DNA of 32,000 bases from Planctopirus limnophila DSM 3776 (GTDB taxonomy: Bacteria; Planctomycetota; Planctomycetia; Planctomycetales; Planctomycetaceae): contig NC_014148.1 in assembly GCF_000092105.1 (NCBI RefSeq), positions 990,001-1,022,000 on the forward strand, given 5' to 3'. The notes under the pieces are model-generated. The model made no database searches and had not been told where the DNA came from. It saw only the letters and a list, made by a program, of their open reading frames with translations. Within the stretch, counting starts at the first letter, position 1, and each line of letters starts with the position of its first letter. Shown here piece after piece: positions 31,890 through 32,000 of the stretch. Both the position numbers and the translations under genes were made by a program.

Positions 31890-32000
31890 GTGTGTTCCGA
31901 GGCCTAGCAGGTTTGCAAGTGCTGAAGTGCGTTAGATCGCTACCGCAGATTGGCGGCGTGGCAGGGACTTGTCAACATTTCGCTAGGCGGCCTGTGACCG

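Noticed and set aside
31940-32000. The 11-mer CGCAGATTGGC is shared with the 3' end of the XylR-like gene (13815-13830). On the minus strand both read ...ANLR-stop, hinting at a second AraC-type gene entering the window at the right edge.
   Set aside because: An 11-mer match is expected by chance many times in 32 kb. Only about 19 codons are visible (GHRPPSEMLTSPCHAANLR) and they do not clearly match an AraC C-terminus. It cannot be supported from this window.
1-32000. A scan for CRISPR arrays, rRNA, IS elements, integrases, reverse transcriptases, toxin-antitoxin pairs or known defence-system hallmarks.
   Set aside because: No regularly spaced repeats, no rRNA-like conserved tracts and no transposase, integrase or RT motifs appeared in any listed ORF. 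Nothing supports such calls.

Overview
This is a chromosomal segment with about 52-55% GC, estimated from hand counts of sample lines. It is most consistent with a Planctomycetota genome. That assignment is an inference from three things: the hallmark PSCyt/DUF1549/DUF1553 + DUF1501 gene pair, an H4MPT-type formyltransferase, and XylR-like regulators. I support 23 protein-coding genes. I could not support any rRNA, tRNA, CRISPR array or intact mobile element.

Gene content, in order:
- Housekeeping genes: mcsB (5'-truncated), ispD, trpS, pyrD and apgM.
- A stand-alone Ftr/FhcD formyltransferase directly upstream of a GT-C-type membrane glycosyltransferase-like gene.
- An ABC ATPase followed by a NatB-like ABC-2 permease fused to an apparently intact CPBP intramembrane protease.
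- A long same-strand string (15.4-24.6 kb): heme-c DUF1549/DUF1553 protein, Tat-DUF1501, secreted beta-propeller, then a complete ribose-type sugar ABC importer. A XylR-type regulator is transcribed divergently from it.
- An orphan GlmL/MutL-like ASKHA protein.
- A membrane-anchored MpaA-like M14 homologue in which all zinc ligands and the catalytic Glu appear to be replaced.
- A 227-aa acidic orphan and an exported transglutaminase-like protein.
- A GNAT gene at the right edge, sitting in a clearly GC-richer patch (about 63-65%).

I see no hallmark of a known defence system, prophage or biosynthetic cluster. The best candidates for undescribed biology are:
1. The DUF1553/DUF1501 pair wired to sugar import.
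2. The ABC-CPBP fusion.
3. The pseudo-amidase / orphan / transglutaminase envelope trio.
4. The orphan GlmL-like protein.

All functional calls come from motif recognition by eye, not from database searches.
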